Counted from the stretch's first letter, positions 52,311 through 61,907 are shown. The stretch is DNA of 64,000 bases from an uncultured delta proteobacterium (GCA_963790475.1 CAWBOS010000010.1:1152001-1216000); one strand, 5' to 3'. Made by a program: numbers and translations. Notes: generated from the sequence alone by a model not told the origin.

Positions 52311-53855
52311 TTACCTCCCATAGTAGCCGGCGCCGCGGGTGAAACCATATTCAGCTAAGGCAGAGGATCTTTCTGGCTGTTTGGACCGTTCATCCGTTAG
52401 CTTGTCTTGGCCGGTGGCCAAAATGTTTTTGATGCTCTTATAGCTCGGATGAGGGGTATAGGATAACGCCCTTTTACAGGCCGCTTCCAGGCGCTCCACG
52501 GAATATCGGTCTGCCAGCTTTAAAAGGCCCATACAGCTTTTATAACCCTGCTGTTCCACCCGGTAGGAGGCCAGTATCGATTTAATGGTGATTACGGAAT
52601 GAACGCCGATTTTTTCGGCCCAGGCTATAAAGCGGTCTCTGTCCCATTTCAGGTATTTCTGGTGGTCTTCCGGCATATGGGTCTCAATGGTACTGTATTG
52701 GCCGGGACGTCCATAAAGGCGTTTATGGGAACAGATACGGGTGTTATGGTACAAGACCTCGATGACGTTGCGGGTTGACCGCACATCGACCTTCTGTTTG
52801 ATATATTCGTAAGGAACGGAGTATTGCATCTTGTCTACGGATATATGATAATTGAACTGGACGGTGGCCTGCTTCCAGGTCGCTCGTTCATAGAAGGTAG
52901 CCGGTAACGGGGCCATAAATGGCTTTTCTTCCTCAAAGAAAATACGGTATCGGCTGCCTTCTTTCTTTTGGAAAGGGTGACGGTTATAGGCCTCCAGCTT
53001 GGAGCGGATTTCCCGGTTCAGTTCCTCTAAGGAGAAAAACTTTTCATGGCGAAGAGCCGCGGTAATCCAGGTGGATACGGCCCTTACCGAGCCTTCTACA
53101 TTCGGCTTGTCCTTGGGTCTCCTGACGCGTGCCGGAATCACGGCGGTGCCGTAGTGTTCCGCCATTTCATGGTAGGTTTTGTTGATTATTGGCGTGTACC
53201 AGTCACTGCGGTCCACCCCGGTTTTCAAGTTGTCGGGCACCAGCATGCGTGTTACACCGCCAAAGAATTGATACAGGTTGACATGGGCTGTAATCCAACT
53301 GTCCATGTCCTGTGAAAAGAAGGCTTCTACATAGGCGTATAGGCTGTAGGAAAGAACACCCACGAAAAGGTAGGCAGGAATAATTTCCCCGGTGTCCCGG
53401 TCAACTACACAGGCGGGGTCCCCGGCCCAGTCTACCTCAATCTGGTCTCCCGGTTTCCTCGGGATGTGCATGGTGGCGCGCTTCTTTTCGGAATGCTTTT
53501 GAAAATGAAAACAGAACTGGGAATACATGAGAGGCAGCTCATTACCTTGTCTGCATGCCTCACAGTATTCATTCCAGAGAAGCTTTAAGGTCACGCCATT
53601 CCGCATCATTTCCCTGGCAATGTAGTCATAATCAGGATATTTACGGGATGGTTCCGGTGCTGATTTCTCTGGAAAAAACTGTTCCTCCAGTTCAGCATCC
53701 GTGATTTCGGCCTTTAACGGCCATACCAGGTCCAGCTCTTTGGCACGGTTAAGAACCTTTCGGACCGTTGCCCTGGCGCACTCACAGCTTCCGGCAATAC
53801 TGGTTTGATTAATCCCCAGACTCTGTAGCCGAAGGATTTCTCGGTATTTGGTCAT
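52311..53855 (-). CDS. istA: IS21 transposase IstA
   Basis: EVDWAG, VPDNLKTGV and PARVRRPKDKPNVEGSV motifs. Confidence 0.95.
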   Translation of the reverse strand: MTKYREILRLQSLGINQTSIAGSCECARATVRKVLNRAKELDLVWPLKAEITDAELEEQFFPEKSAPEPSRKYPDYDYIAREMMRNGVTLKLLWNEYCEACRQGNELPLMYSQFCFHFQKHSEKKRATMHIPRKPGDQIEVDWAGDPACVVDRDTGEIIPAYLFVGVLSYSLYAYVEAFFSQDMDSWITAHVNLYQFFGGVTRMLVPDNLKTGVDRSDWYTPIINKTYHEMAEHYGTAVIPARVRRPKDKPNVEGSVRAVSTWITAALRHEKFFSLEELNREIRSKLEAYNRHPFQKKEGSRYRIFFEEEKPFMAPLPATFYERATWKQATVQFNYHISVDKMQYSVPYEYIKQKVDVRSTRNVIEVLYHNTRICSHKRLYGRPGQYSTIETHMPEDHQKYLKWDRDRFIAWAEKIGVHSVITIKSILASYRVEQQGYKSCMGLLKLADRYSVERLEAACKRALSYTPHPSYKSIKNILATGQDKLTDERSKQPERSSALAEYGFTRGAGYYGR

Positions 53856-54261
53856 AAAGATGACCTCCTTTAAAATGAATTTACACCGATTCTCGATGTA
53901 TGAACCCATTATAAAGGAGGGTAAAGGAATTGGCACAAGCCCGGAATGATTGAGACCTTTAACCGGAACGGTTGGAACGGAACTCCGGATTCATTGGGAA
54001 AAGTGGCCCGGAATATTCAAGATTTGACCCTAAATGCTCTACCTAAATGCTCTATGATATGCAGAAGGATTGAAAAAGACTTTGAAGAAGACTTTCAGGA
54101 GATAACTAATAATGATTTAATAGGGATATTGTGTGGGGAGATGCCTTCGGGCAATTAAATCAAGATAAATTGCCATTAACTTTTACTTTGAAGACTCCCT
54201 TACTTTGTGAAGATATACAGAAAAACTTTAGAATAATTTGTTAACCTTGGTAAATATAATA

Positions 54262-54720
54262 ATGATAGAACCTATTGGTATCATACATACGCCCTACGCG
54301 AGAAAAGAGGAATGCCCTATACAACCGCTTTATTCAGCGGATTCGCTCGGTCGCGTCGAGGTATTTGAAAAGTATGAGGCGGGACTGAAGGATATTGAGA
54401 CCTTTTCTCATATTTATCTACTGTATTTGTTTGACCGGGCGGGCAAGATAGAGATGGTGCGTGCAACATTTCTTGACGATGAATCGCACGGCATTTATGC
54501 TTCAAGACATCCGTGTAGGCCGAACGGGTTAGGGCTGTCAGTTGTAAGATTGCTACGACGCGAACAAAACGTCCTAATAGTCGAAGGCGTCGACATGCTG
54601 GACAAATCATCGCTCTTAGATATAAAGCCTTACATCCCGAAGTACGACGCCATTGCTTCTGCATCCGATGGGTGGACTACCGATAAGAAATGGCGTTCCA
54701 AGCCCGAGGGAAGAGAATGA
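54262..54720 (+). CDS. tsaA: tRNA m6t6A37 methyltransferase TsaA/TrmO family, in a gene cassette
   Basis: IEPIGIIHTPY, FSHIYLLYLF, GIYASRHPCRPNGLGLSVV and LLDIKPYIP motifs. Confidence 0.9.
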   Translation: MIEPIGIIHTPYARKEECPIQPLYSADSLGRVEVFEKYEAGLKDIETFSHIYLLYLFDRAGKIEMVRATFLDDESHGIYASRHPCRPNGLGLSVVRLLRREQNVLIVEGVDMLDKSSLLDIKPYIPKYDAIASASDGWTTDKKWRSKPEGRE

Positions 54721-54728
54721 CTAAAAGA

Positions 54729-54791
54729 GGTTAACCATGCCATGCACCCGATCGCGCAAACGGCGCGCTCCGGGTGATGGCCGTGTTAGTC
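54729..54791 (+). mobile_element. attC site (63 bp)
   Basis: R'' GGTTAAC, 5 nt, L'' CATGCACC with extra G, central stem, L' GGTGATG, 5 nt, R' GTTAGTC; R'' is complementary to GTTAACC at 54240. Confidence 0.88.
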
Positions 54792-55195
54792 ATTAGAGGA
54801 GAAAGATGAATCGCGACTACCTCCTTGATAGTCTGGATGGTCTGAAAGGGCTCGTATTCCGGTTGTTACCCGCGGATGTTGTCGCATTGATTGGCTGCGT
54901 TCCAATGACAACCGATGGGCCATGGAGCGATGAAGAGAAGACTGTCTTTGAGACGGTGATAGGAATCCCAAAAGAGCGAGTCTACTGGACGCCTGGAGGA
55001 TTCAAGAACGTACCTTCTGCGGCTGATCGGGATGAGCGTTCAAGGTGGGTCCATGCAGTTGCAGCCATCAAACAAAGGTATTTATTTCTCGATCCAGACA
55101 CAGGCTTCTATACACACCATACCGGGGTATCCGAAAAGATGGTCCTCGTTAGTGAACTCAAAGATATGCTTCGTGGACCGGAGGCGCTGATTATA

Positions 55196-56727
55196 CCTAA
55201 ACGTTGCAAAAGAAATCGCCAAATTTTGAATTATGCTGCCATTTTAAAAGTATCTAAGAATTTGAACAAACCATGTTTAACGACTTCATTACCACTCATA
55301 GTAAGAGTCAGGTTACCCTGGGGTGCTGTGAGTCTTCCTGCTCTTTGAATATAACGATGGCGGATCCATTTTAATTCATGAAAATTCCAAAGCGGGGTTC
55401 TTTTCTCGGAGGTTCCTCGATCTCTATCCCGGGTAGCCATTTGTAATTCCCGGTTCAGGTTATGGGCAAAAATAGCCGCTATCATGTAACATTGGTTTCC
55501 TGAAAGTTTCTTAACCGCAATATAATCCAGTTGGCTTTGGGATTTCAATTCCCCAAAGACACTCTCCTGACTTCCTCGACCATTGTGAAAGACCAGGATC
55601 TTTTTAGCAGAAATCCTCTTGTTGGTTACGATGACCTTATACTCGTACCCATATTCTAAAGGGATAAAGAGATCCAATTGAATCGGGGCTTTTTGGATTT
55701 GCTTGCATCGTTGTCGTATAAAAACAAAACGGAACTTTACCGGCCATTTTTTCGGTTTCCAGGGGGTTTCAAAATACGACCAGCGATTATTTAAATGACG
55801 CCAACGCACTCGATTTTCAATCATCGATTTTAATTCGGCAAAGCGTTCAAAAGGAACGCTGAGGGTAAATTCGATGGATTCCTGGTCTAATAAGGCAACT
55901 ATTTCCTGGCTGAAAAAAGCGCTATCCATCCGGACCTCAAGCGTAATACCCGGCAGTTCTTGTTTGAGCCAGCTAAGGCATTGATGGATAAACTCACTGG
56001 CCCCATTCGAATCATGGACATTGCCGGGGCGATGATAGAAATCAAATACTTGTCCGGTTTGGGCAATGGTACAAAAAAGGGGATAGTAACTTCGGGCTCC
56101 CTTCTTTTTCTTGTTAAATCCAACCGCCGTGCCTTCGGCTTTTCGGGATGTAGATAAAACTGATCCATCAAAGTCAACGGTTAATCGACTCAGACCAGTT
56201 TTTTGGAGACGTTCGATAACCATCTGGCGGTTCAGTTCTCGGATTTTTTGGATGGCTTTTGGATCGGTACTTTTTAAGGCGCGACAAACCGTAGAGACAT
56301 CCGGGAGGCGTTTCATTCCTAATAGTCTTTGAACCAAAGGATCATCTTTATAATAGTCCATATCCCGGAGTCTTCGAAAGCCCAAAAGAATATGGATAAT
56401 CAGCAGCATCATAATTACATGATGTCCTATAATTTCCGAGACGTGCAGGTGACGAAAACACTGGCGCAGTCGTTCTTTCAAACCCAGTTTCTGAAACAAA
56501 GGATGAAAAATTATCAAACCTGAAAAGGATGTAAGTTTCTGATCTTCAAATCGGATCTGAGGAGTTTTATATGCTCGACTAAAAAAATGCCTTTTGCTAT
56601 ACTTCACCTTAGGTGGCCTCCAGTGACGGAAAATTGTGTGATGTGCTAATCTCACTTTAACCAATACTGGAGCCACCTTTCAAGCTCTTTATTACTTTTA
56701 TTACACTTTTTTTATGCCACTATAGAG
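55196..56727 (-). mobile_element. IS1380-family insertion sequence, 1532 bp
   Basis: Imperfect ends cctaaacgttgcaaaagaaa / ctctatagtggcataaaaaa; TATA duplicated at 55192-55195 and 56728-56731. Confidence 0.85.
55231..56607 (-). CDS. IS1380-family DDE transposase
   Basis: LTSFSGL, VDFDGSV, SYYPL, RPGN, RMDSAF and HNGRGSQES.FGELK; GTG start after GGAGG. Confidence 0.92.
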   Translation of the reverse strand: MKYSKRHFFSRAYKTPQIRFEDQKLTSFSGLIIFHPLFQKLGLKERLRQCFRHLHVSEIIGHHVIMMLLIIHILLGFRRLRDMDYYKDDPLVQRLLGMKRLPDVSTVCRALKSTDPKAIQKIRELNRQMVIERLQKTGLSRLTVDFDGSVLSTSRKAEGTAVGFNKKKKGARSYYPLFCTIAQTGQVFDFYHRPGNVHDSNGASEFIHQCLSWLKQELPGITLEVRMDSAFFSQEIVALLDQESIEFTLSVPFERFAELKSMIENRVRWRHLNNRWSYFETPWKPKKWPVKFRFVFIRQRCKQIQKAPIQLDLFIPLEYGYEYKVIVTNKRISAKKILVFHNGRGSQESVFGELKSQSQLDYIAVKKLSGNQCYMIAAIFAHNLNRELQMATRDRDRGTSEKRTPLWNFHELKWIRHRYIQRAGRLTAPQGNLTLTMSGNEVVKHGLFKFLDTFKMAA

Positions 56728-56971
56728 TATATATAGGCATCAATACTTTCCAAACCCAAAGCCACACAACATTGCGGAGTACGTCAGTCCATATGTGTGG
56801 CATAGCTTGCGTATACTAGAAGACGTTGGCTTTGTCAGATTTGTCTATCAGTCACAGGCTGCAAGCTTGTTCTTTATAGCCAAACAAAAGGCAGCTTTGA
56901 CACCTCTGGAAAACGGCCTTCGGCGGGCGTTTCATGGGGTGTCGGCCTCAGTACTCATGAGACGAATAGTG

Positions 56972-57029
56972 GCCTAACCCCGGGCTTCCAGCGGATCGCT
57001 AAACGCTCCCGCTAAAACCCACGTTAAGC
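56972..57029 (+). mobile_element. attC site (58 bp)
   Basis: GCCTAAC-cccggg-cttccagc-ggatcgctaaacgctccc-gctaaaa-cccac-GTTAAGC; central gatcgc...cgctcc shared with the 54729 site. Confidence 0.8.
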
Positions 57030-57050
57030 CATAGAAGCGGATATGAAATT

Positions 57051-57485
57051 ATGTTTTCAAGAAAGACCTTAATAGAATTAATCCAAGCCTTAAATTTTTG
57101 GACTCATGCCGAGGTAGAAAGATTTGGGCTTGAGTTTAATATTGAGGATTCGATTACAGGTACATATGTAAAGGAAAAAGAAACATCTATTGTAAAATAT
57201 CTTGTATCAAATCCAGAAGCGATTGGACCTAATGGTTCCAATATAGCGATTGAGATTGTTGAATATGCAGTAAAGGCCCACCGGGGATTTGACTCGTTCT
57301 CAGAAAGTCATCCAGATTTCGCCCATTTACTCGATAGAGATGGTTATGAACTCACAAGTAGTGGATTAAGAAAGAAGCTCCCAACAGAATTCCCCGTAGT
57401 TGAACAAGAAAATCAATTAATCTCCCTTTTGGAAAAATTTGGATTTACAACTGCTAAGGGACATTATGAAAGAAAGCTTGCTTGA
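57051..57485 (+). pseudogene. Third cassette gene, AT-rich hypothetical protein, apparently 3'-truncated
   Basis: Starts just after attC R'; no closing attC; its end runs into a truncated opposite-strand gene. Confidence 0.6.
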
Positions 57486-57609
57486 TCCCCAGTGCTTCCG
57501 ACTCAGACCTTCTTTCCAGTGTCATGCCCAGTTTATCTTGAAACGTTTTTATGCCTTCTTCAATATCCTTTACCCGTACGACGATATGATCCATTCCTTT
57601 AATTCCCAT
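57454..57609 (-). pseudogene. VOC/glyoxalase (methylmalonyl-CoA epimerase-like) N-terminal fragment
   Basis: AAGGAGG RBS then MGIKGMDHIVVRVKDIEEGIKTFQDKLGMTLERRSESEALGIKQAFF; below the ORF-track length cutoff. Confidence 0.75.
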
Positions 57610-57683
57610 TTTTCCTCCTTTATTATTAAATTGGTTATCCGGATACCAGCTTCATAAACGTTTAGGAGAAACTGAATGCCGGT

Positions 57684-58166
57684 TTATCTCTTATCTCTAT
57701 TCAATTTGGGCAAACGATAGGGTTGTGCAACCCCGCATGAATAACAGGTACGCTCGTACCAGTGCATTTGCGCACGGCATCCGGGACAGCGCCACCGTTC
57801 CTCCTGTTCAACAATCCATTTTTCAGCCCCAATTTCTCGCAAATGGTTAAGATTTTCCAGAACCTCAGCATGGTGACGCATGCCGTCGTTGTTAAAATCA
57901 GTGATCAGGTGGCAGGGGAAATCTGAACAGTCGGCACATTGGGTAACCCCGGGCCTGTCTTCAGCGCAGTGCCGAATCTTACAATCCCTGCAATAGGGTG
58001 TAAGAGAGCCCCCACCAAGGCATCCATCGCATTGACTCTCGTCTTCAGGCATTTTCCATACTTTTAAAATCTCCTCAAGACGTTGAGGATTGTTGTCTCG
58101 TCTGGCCCGATAGAGAGCACACGCCCCACAGTAAAGCCCGCAGACGGCCACTAAAGGCTCTTTCAT
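57684..58166 (-). CDS. DUF3795-family Cys-rich protein
   Basis: AVCGLYCGAC, CDGC, CKIRHC, CADCSDFPC, ENL..LREIG and WRCPGC motifs. Confidence 0.85.
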   Translation of the reverse strand: MKEPLVAVCGLYCGACALYRARRDNNPQRLEEILKVWKMPEDESQCDGCLGGGSLTPYCRDCKIRHCAEDRPGVTQCADCSDFPCHLITDFNNDGMRHHAEVLENLNHLREIGAEKWIVEQEERWRCPGCRAQMHWYERTCYSCGVAQPYRLPKLNRDKR

Positions 58167-58206
58167 CGTTATACCTCCTTTTCTAATATCAACCTACCCA
58201 CCAGGA

Positions 58207-58315
58207 TTATTCAAATCGAACTTTGAGGGGCTTTCGGTCCACGGTGCGAAGATAGGTCCAACTCGGATACCCCATGATCAGGACACTGAATATTTTATGA
58301 CCGTGAAGAAGGTTT
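58207..58315 (-). pseudogene. Nitroreductase-like C-terminal remnant
   Basis: GHKIFSVLIMGYPSWTYLRTVDRKPLKVRFE* with no upstream body. Confidence 0.55.
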
Positions 58316-58327
58316 AATTCTTCCACT

Positions 58328-58686
58328 TCAAATGGCCGCTTTCAAAGGCAGGCGCACCCGCAAGGCGGTAAAGAAATTGATGATGGCAATGGCCGCCCCG
58401 AACAAGAAAACATATTGAAAGCCGAAGGCATTCCAAATAACGCCGCCCACCAGGGCCGACGAAATTGAGAAAACATGGTCAATGGACACCGCGGCGCTAA
58501 GCGCAGGCTGGATGTGATCGGAAATTCGAGGAAGGAACGCTGAAAACCGCTCAGTTGAAAATTGAATTCCAGAAAATTATTGAAGGTTGAATCAATCATG
58601 GAAAATCCCATGCCCAAGGCCAACGCGGCTGTGGCAAACAGCGACAGTTCGCGCGGGGAGGTTTTGATGCGGGCGAGGATATTCAT
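58328..58686 (-). pseudogene. MFS transporter with a large internal deletion
   Basis: N-terminus (FNNFL...LSGFQRSFLEFP) joined out of frame near 58520 to a C-terminus (DHIQPALSAAVSIDHVFSI..LVGGVIWNAFGFQYVFLFGA). Confidence 0.78.
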
Positions 58687-58718
58687 GATTGTAATCTATC
58701 AAGGGGAACGGGTTAAAG

Positions 58719-58812
58719 AAGTTCGGAGTTCGGAGTCGAGGAAAAAATATGGTTATTACTTCTTATGACTCTGAACCCCGAACTAACCTCTCCGTACTAA
58801 CCGTTCCGGACT
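58719..58812. repeat. AGTTCGG/CCGAACT heptamer hairpin
   Basis: aagttcggagttcggagtcg ... actctgaaccccgaact. Confidence 0.65.
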
Positions 58813-60230
58813 CATCCATCCGAACTAAGCTGGTCCCTCAATCGGTAATATTCAAAGGTATTTTTTAAGGCAATAGCCCCCCGTTCAATGTTCGGAAAAG
58901 TGGGGATGCCTTTCCTCTGGAATTTAGACACGGCCTCTTTGACCACCGGCAATTCCTCCAGCGAATAATAGTTAATAATGGAAATGATCGGCTTCCCGGT
59001 TTGGTCTTTGATATTGGAGATCATATCAACCAAGCCGTCCAACCTGCCGTTCATGTTCAGCATCCGGGCCAGGGAAAGAAGGACCAGGTTGTCGATATTG
59101 GGATCCCGGGCCAGGATATTCACGATCCGGTCCATTTCAAACCGGTTCTGGTTGCCCGTATCCACCGGGTTTAGATAACCTCCGCCGATGATATTATAAA
59201 ACTCCCGTAATTTATCATAGGAATCTTCGGTCAGCCTGGGCAAACGCAATCCCGCTTCGGCAAAGGTATCGGCAATATTGACCGATTGTCCTCCGGCACC
59301 TCCGGTTACGCCCACTCTTAGACCACGAACCGGAGGCAGATAGGTCAGGGCATTGGCCGTATCAATCAAATCCTCCATCTCCACGGCACTCAACCCGCCG
59401 CATTGACGGATCATCGCTTCCCAGATGGCATGCGGTACGGCCAGAGATCCGGTGTGCGAAGCAATCGCTCTTCCCCCCTCCTCCGTTCTCCCCCCTTTCC
59501 AGATCACCACCGGTTTTATGGAGGTTGTTTCCCGCAATACCTTCAGGAACCGGTCCCCGTCATTCACCCCTTCCAGGTACATGATAATGACCTTGATCTC
59601 CGGATCCTGGGCAAAGTATTCCAGAAAGTCCGTGGAATCCAGCACCGTTCCGTTCCCGAAACTCACCGACTTATTGACATCCAAGCCCTGCATGTGGGCG
59701 CTTATGCTCATATTGACCGCGTGACCACCGCTTTGGGAGATAATCCCCAAAGACCCGTAAGACCCGGAATATTGTTCCGGGAATTGCCGGTTCCCGAGTC
59801 GGGGATTGAATAATCCCATACAGTTGGGTCCGATGACATGAAGATTGGCCTCTTCCGCCCGCTGTTTAAGCCAATATTCGGCCTGCATTCCCTCTTCGGT
59901 ATCCGTTTCTCTGAAACCGGCGGTGAACATATGGGCCGCGGCTACATCCTTACGAATACAGTCCTCCACTACCTGGGGAACCGCCGCCCGGGGGACGGAG
60001 ATGATGGCCAGGTCCACCGGTTCCGGGATATCCAGGATACTGGTATAGTTGGTTATCCCCAGGGCCTTTATACTTTCGATAGACTCCGGGTTGACTTGCA
60101 CGGAATACAATTTTCCCTGAAAGGTATTCTGGGCTCGCAGCCACTGAAATTCGTTGCGACCGCTGTCTCCTATCACGACCAGGCATTTTGGATTAAAGGC
60201 CCGATTTAATTTATTAAAATCCGCTTTCAA
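58812..60230 (-). CDS. NDP-forming acyl-CoA synthetase alpha subunit (CoA-binding)
   Basis: PVDLAII.VP, IGPNCMG, ISQSGG, SFGN, YLEG and KGGRT..G.RAIASHTGSLA (phospho-His); TTG start after AGGAGG. Confidence 0.88.
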   Translation of the reverse strand: MKADFNKLNRAFNPKCLVVIGDSGRNEFQWLRAQNTFQGKLYSVQVNPESIESIKALGITNYTSILDIPEPVDLAIISVPRAAVPQVVEDCIRKDVAAAHMFTAGFRETDTEEGMQAEYWLKQRAEEANLHVIGPNCMGLFNPRLGNRQFPEQYSGSYGSLGIISQSGGHAVNMSISAHMQGLDVNKSVSFGNGTVLDSTDFLEYFAQDPEIKVIIMYLEGVNDGDRFLKVLRETTSIKPVVIWKGGRTEEGGRAIASHTGSLAVPHAIWEAMIRQCGGLSAVEMEDLIDTANALTYLPPVRGLRVGVTGGAGGQSVNIADTFAEAGLRLPRLTEDSYDKLREFYNIIGGGYLNPVDTGNQNRFEMDRIVNILARDPNIDNLVLLSLARMLNMNGRLDGLVDMISNIKDQTGKPIISIINYYSLEELPVVKEAVSKFQRKGIPTFPNIERGAIALKNTFEYYRLRDQLSSDG

Positions 60231-60513
60231 TTTATTCTCATCCTCCTTAGTTTATAATTATAGTATGAATCCCTTTTGAATCACCCTGCCTGTTGGGGAA
60301 ATGGTCCAGGATTGTAGTCTCCAAGATATTGAATTCTATCTGCTGTCGGATGGTTTTATCAGAAAGAATTTCCCTTGAGGCGTGCCAGGTGTGTCAAAGA
60401 TTATAGGGGAAGGTCTCGGGAAAGGTCAAGAAAATTTAACAAGAAAACAGGCTAGAGGCAATAGGTTGCAAGGAGATCAACCCCTTTTGGCCTATCGCCT
60501 CGTGCCTGCCTTG

Positions 60514-61671
60514 TTAAGCCCGGTTCGGGGAATAACCCAAAGCCGTATTGGCCACAATGGTGGTGTGCATATTCGAAGTCCCTTCCAGGGTCTCAAATTG
60601 CTTGGAATCCCTCAAGAAGCGTCCGCAGGGATATTCATCGGAATACCCGAAGGAACCGAACAACTTCATGCACTCATTGGCGGCGTGGACCACGACCTTG
60701 GCCCCATACAGTTTGGACATGGAGGTCTCCATGACATTCGGCTGTCCCAGGTCCTTGAGCCAGGCCGCCTTGTAAACCAGGGCCGCCAGGGACTCATGTT
60801 CCATCTTCATTTCGGCGATCTGCTGTTGAATCAATTGGAATTTCCCGATCTGCTGACCGAACTGGGACCTTTCGTTGGCATACTTGATCGATTCCTCCAA
60901 TATAGCCCCGGAAAGTCCGAGGGAACCGGCGGAACAGCCGAGTCGGGTGCTGTTCAATTGGGTCATACACATCTGAAAACCCCTATTGACCTGACCGAGG
61001 ACCAGGGTTTTGGGCACCTTGACGTCTTCAAAGGTGAGCTCCGCCGTATCGGAGGCCTTAAGGCCTACTTTATCGTGAATTTTTCTCCGGGTGATACCGG
61101 GAAGACTGTAATCCATAATGAAACAGGTAACCCCCTTGGCCCCGGCGTCTTTGTCCGTTTTCACATAAAGCAAACCGTGGGTAGTGACCGTTCCGTTGGT
61201 GATCCACATCTTGTTCCCGTTGATCAGATAATAATCCCCTTTGTCTTCAGCCCGGCATTTCATCCCGGCCACATCGGAACCGACATCGGTTTCAGTCATG
61301 GCAAAACTGCCGATATATTCCCCGCTGACGAACTTGGGGATATATTGTTTTTTCTGTTCATCCGTTCCGAATTTTTGGATGGTCAAGGCCGGACCCCAGC
61401 ATTGCATGTTAAAAGGCATTCGCCAGGAGGTGTGGACCTTGGCCACCTGCTCGATGGCCAGGGTTCCTTCCAAAAAGCCCATGCCGTTGCCTCCGTATTG
61501 TTCTTCGATACAGAAACCGAAAAAACCCAATTCGGCCATTTTGTCAAAGATCTCTTTGCGCCAGTGCTCATTTTTCTCGTCTTCTTCGACGTGAGGTTTG
61601 ATTTCATTTTCCGCAAAATTTTTAGCCATATCCTGAAGCATTTTCTGTTCTTCGGTCAAGGCGAAATTCAT
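60514..61671 (-). CDS. Acyl-CoA dehydrogenase, resembling the non-decarboxylating glutaryl-CoA dehydrogenase group
   Basis: FAMTETDVGSD, NGNKMWITN, FGSFGYSDEYP, LEGTSN and R...NM in WRMPFNMQ; start after AGGAGG. Confidence 0.88.
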   Translation of the reverse strand: MNFALTEEQKMLQDMAKNFAENEIKPHVEEDEKNEHWRKEIFDKMAELGFFGFCIEEQYGGNGMGFLEGTLAIEQVAKVHTSWRMPFNMQCWGPALTIQKFGTDEQKKQYIPKFVSGEYIGSFAMTETDVGSDVAGMKCRAEDKGDYYLINGNKMWITNGTVTTHGLLYVKTDKDAGAKGVTCFIMDYSLPGITRRKIHDKVGLKASDTAELTFEDVKVPKTLVLGQVNRGFQMCMTQLNSTRLGCSAGSLGLSGAILEESIKYANERSQFGQQIGKFQLIQQQIAEMKMEHESLAALVYKAAWLKDLGQPNVMETSMSKLYGAKVVVHAANECMKLFGSFGYSDEYPCGRFLRDSKQFETLEGTSNMHTTIVANTALGYSPNRA

Positions 61672-61907
61672 CGTATTTCCTCCTGATTCATGGATTACTT
61701 TTATTGATTGATCGGAGCGTTTTTTTCCGCTATAGAAATATAGAGAAAAGAACAATATCCGTCAAGAAGGAAATGACCCTTATCCTTCTATTCTCTTGGT
61801 AACATTTAATTATGATTCAATTGGGCGACCATTATTGACTTTTGCTATAATCTTAACTGCCCTGAAAGAATTCAACAGGGGAAACCCGTAATGAAGGAGG
61901 AGCTTCA

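Larger units (their letters stand above)
51442..54019 (-). mobile_element. IS21-family insertion sequence, 2578 bp
   Basis: Ends TGAATATACCGG / TGAATATTCCGG, subterminal ttccgg repeats, 5-bp target duplication AGATT (51437-51441, 54020-54024). Confidence 0.95.
54806..56977 (+). pseudogene. Cassette gene (211-aa hypothetical protein) interrupted by IS1380
   Basis: 54806-55195 joins 56732-56977 in frame (...GPEALII-YRHQYFPNPK...RRIVA*); the stop codon lies within R'' of the next attC. Confidence 0.85.

Noticed and set aside
53946-54158. 70-aa ORF as an integrase remnant
   Set aside because: It starts inside the IS21 end and shows no tyrosine-recombinase motifs
54806-55348. 180-aa ORF as a complete gene
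   Set aside because: Its last 50 codons are read-through into the IS1380 end; the real C-terminus is at 56732-56977
60382-61686. 434-aa plus-strand ORF
   Set aside because: Antisense shadow of the acyl-CoA dehydrogenase with no motifs; the same applies to other long overlapping ORFs such as 43669-44382, 41191-41856 and 35467-36105
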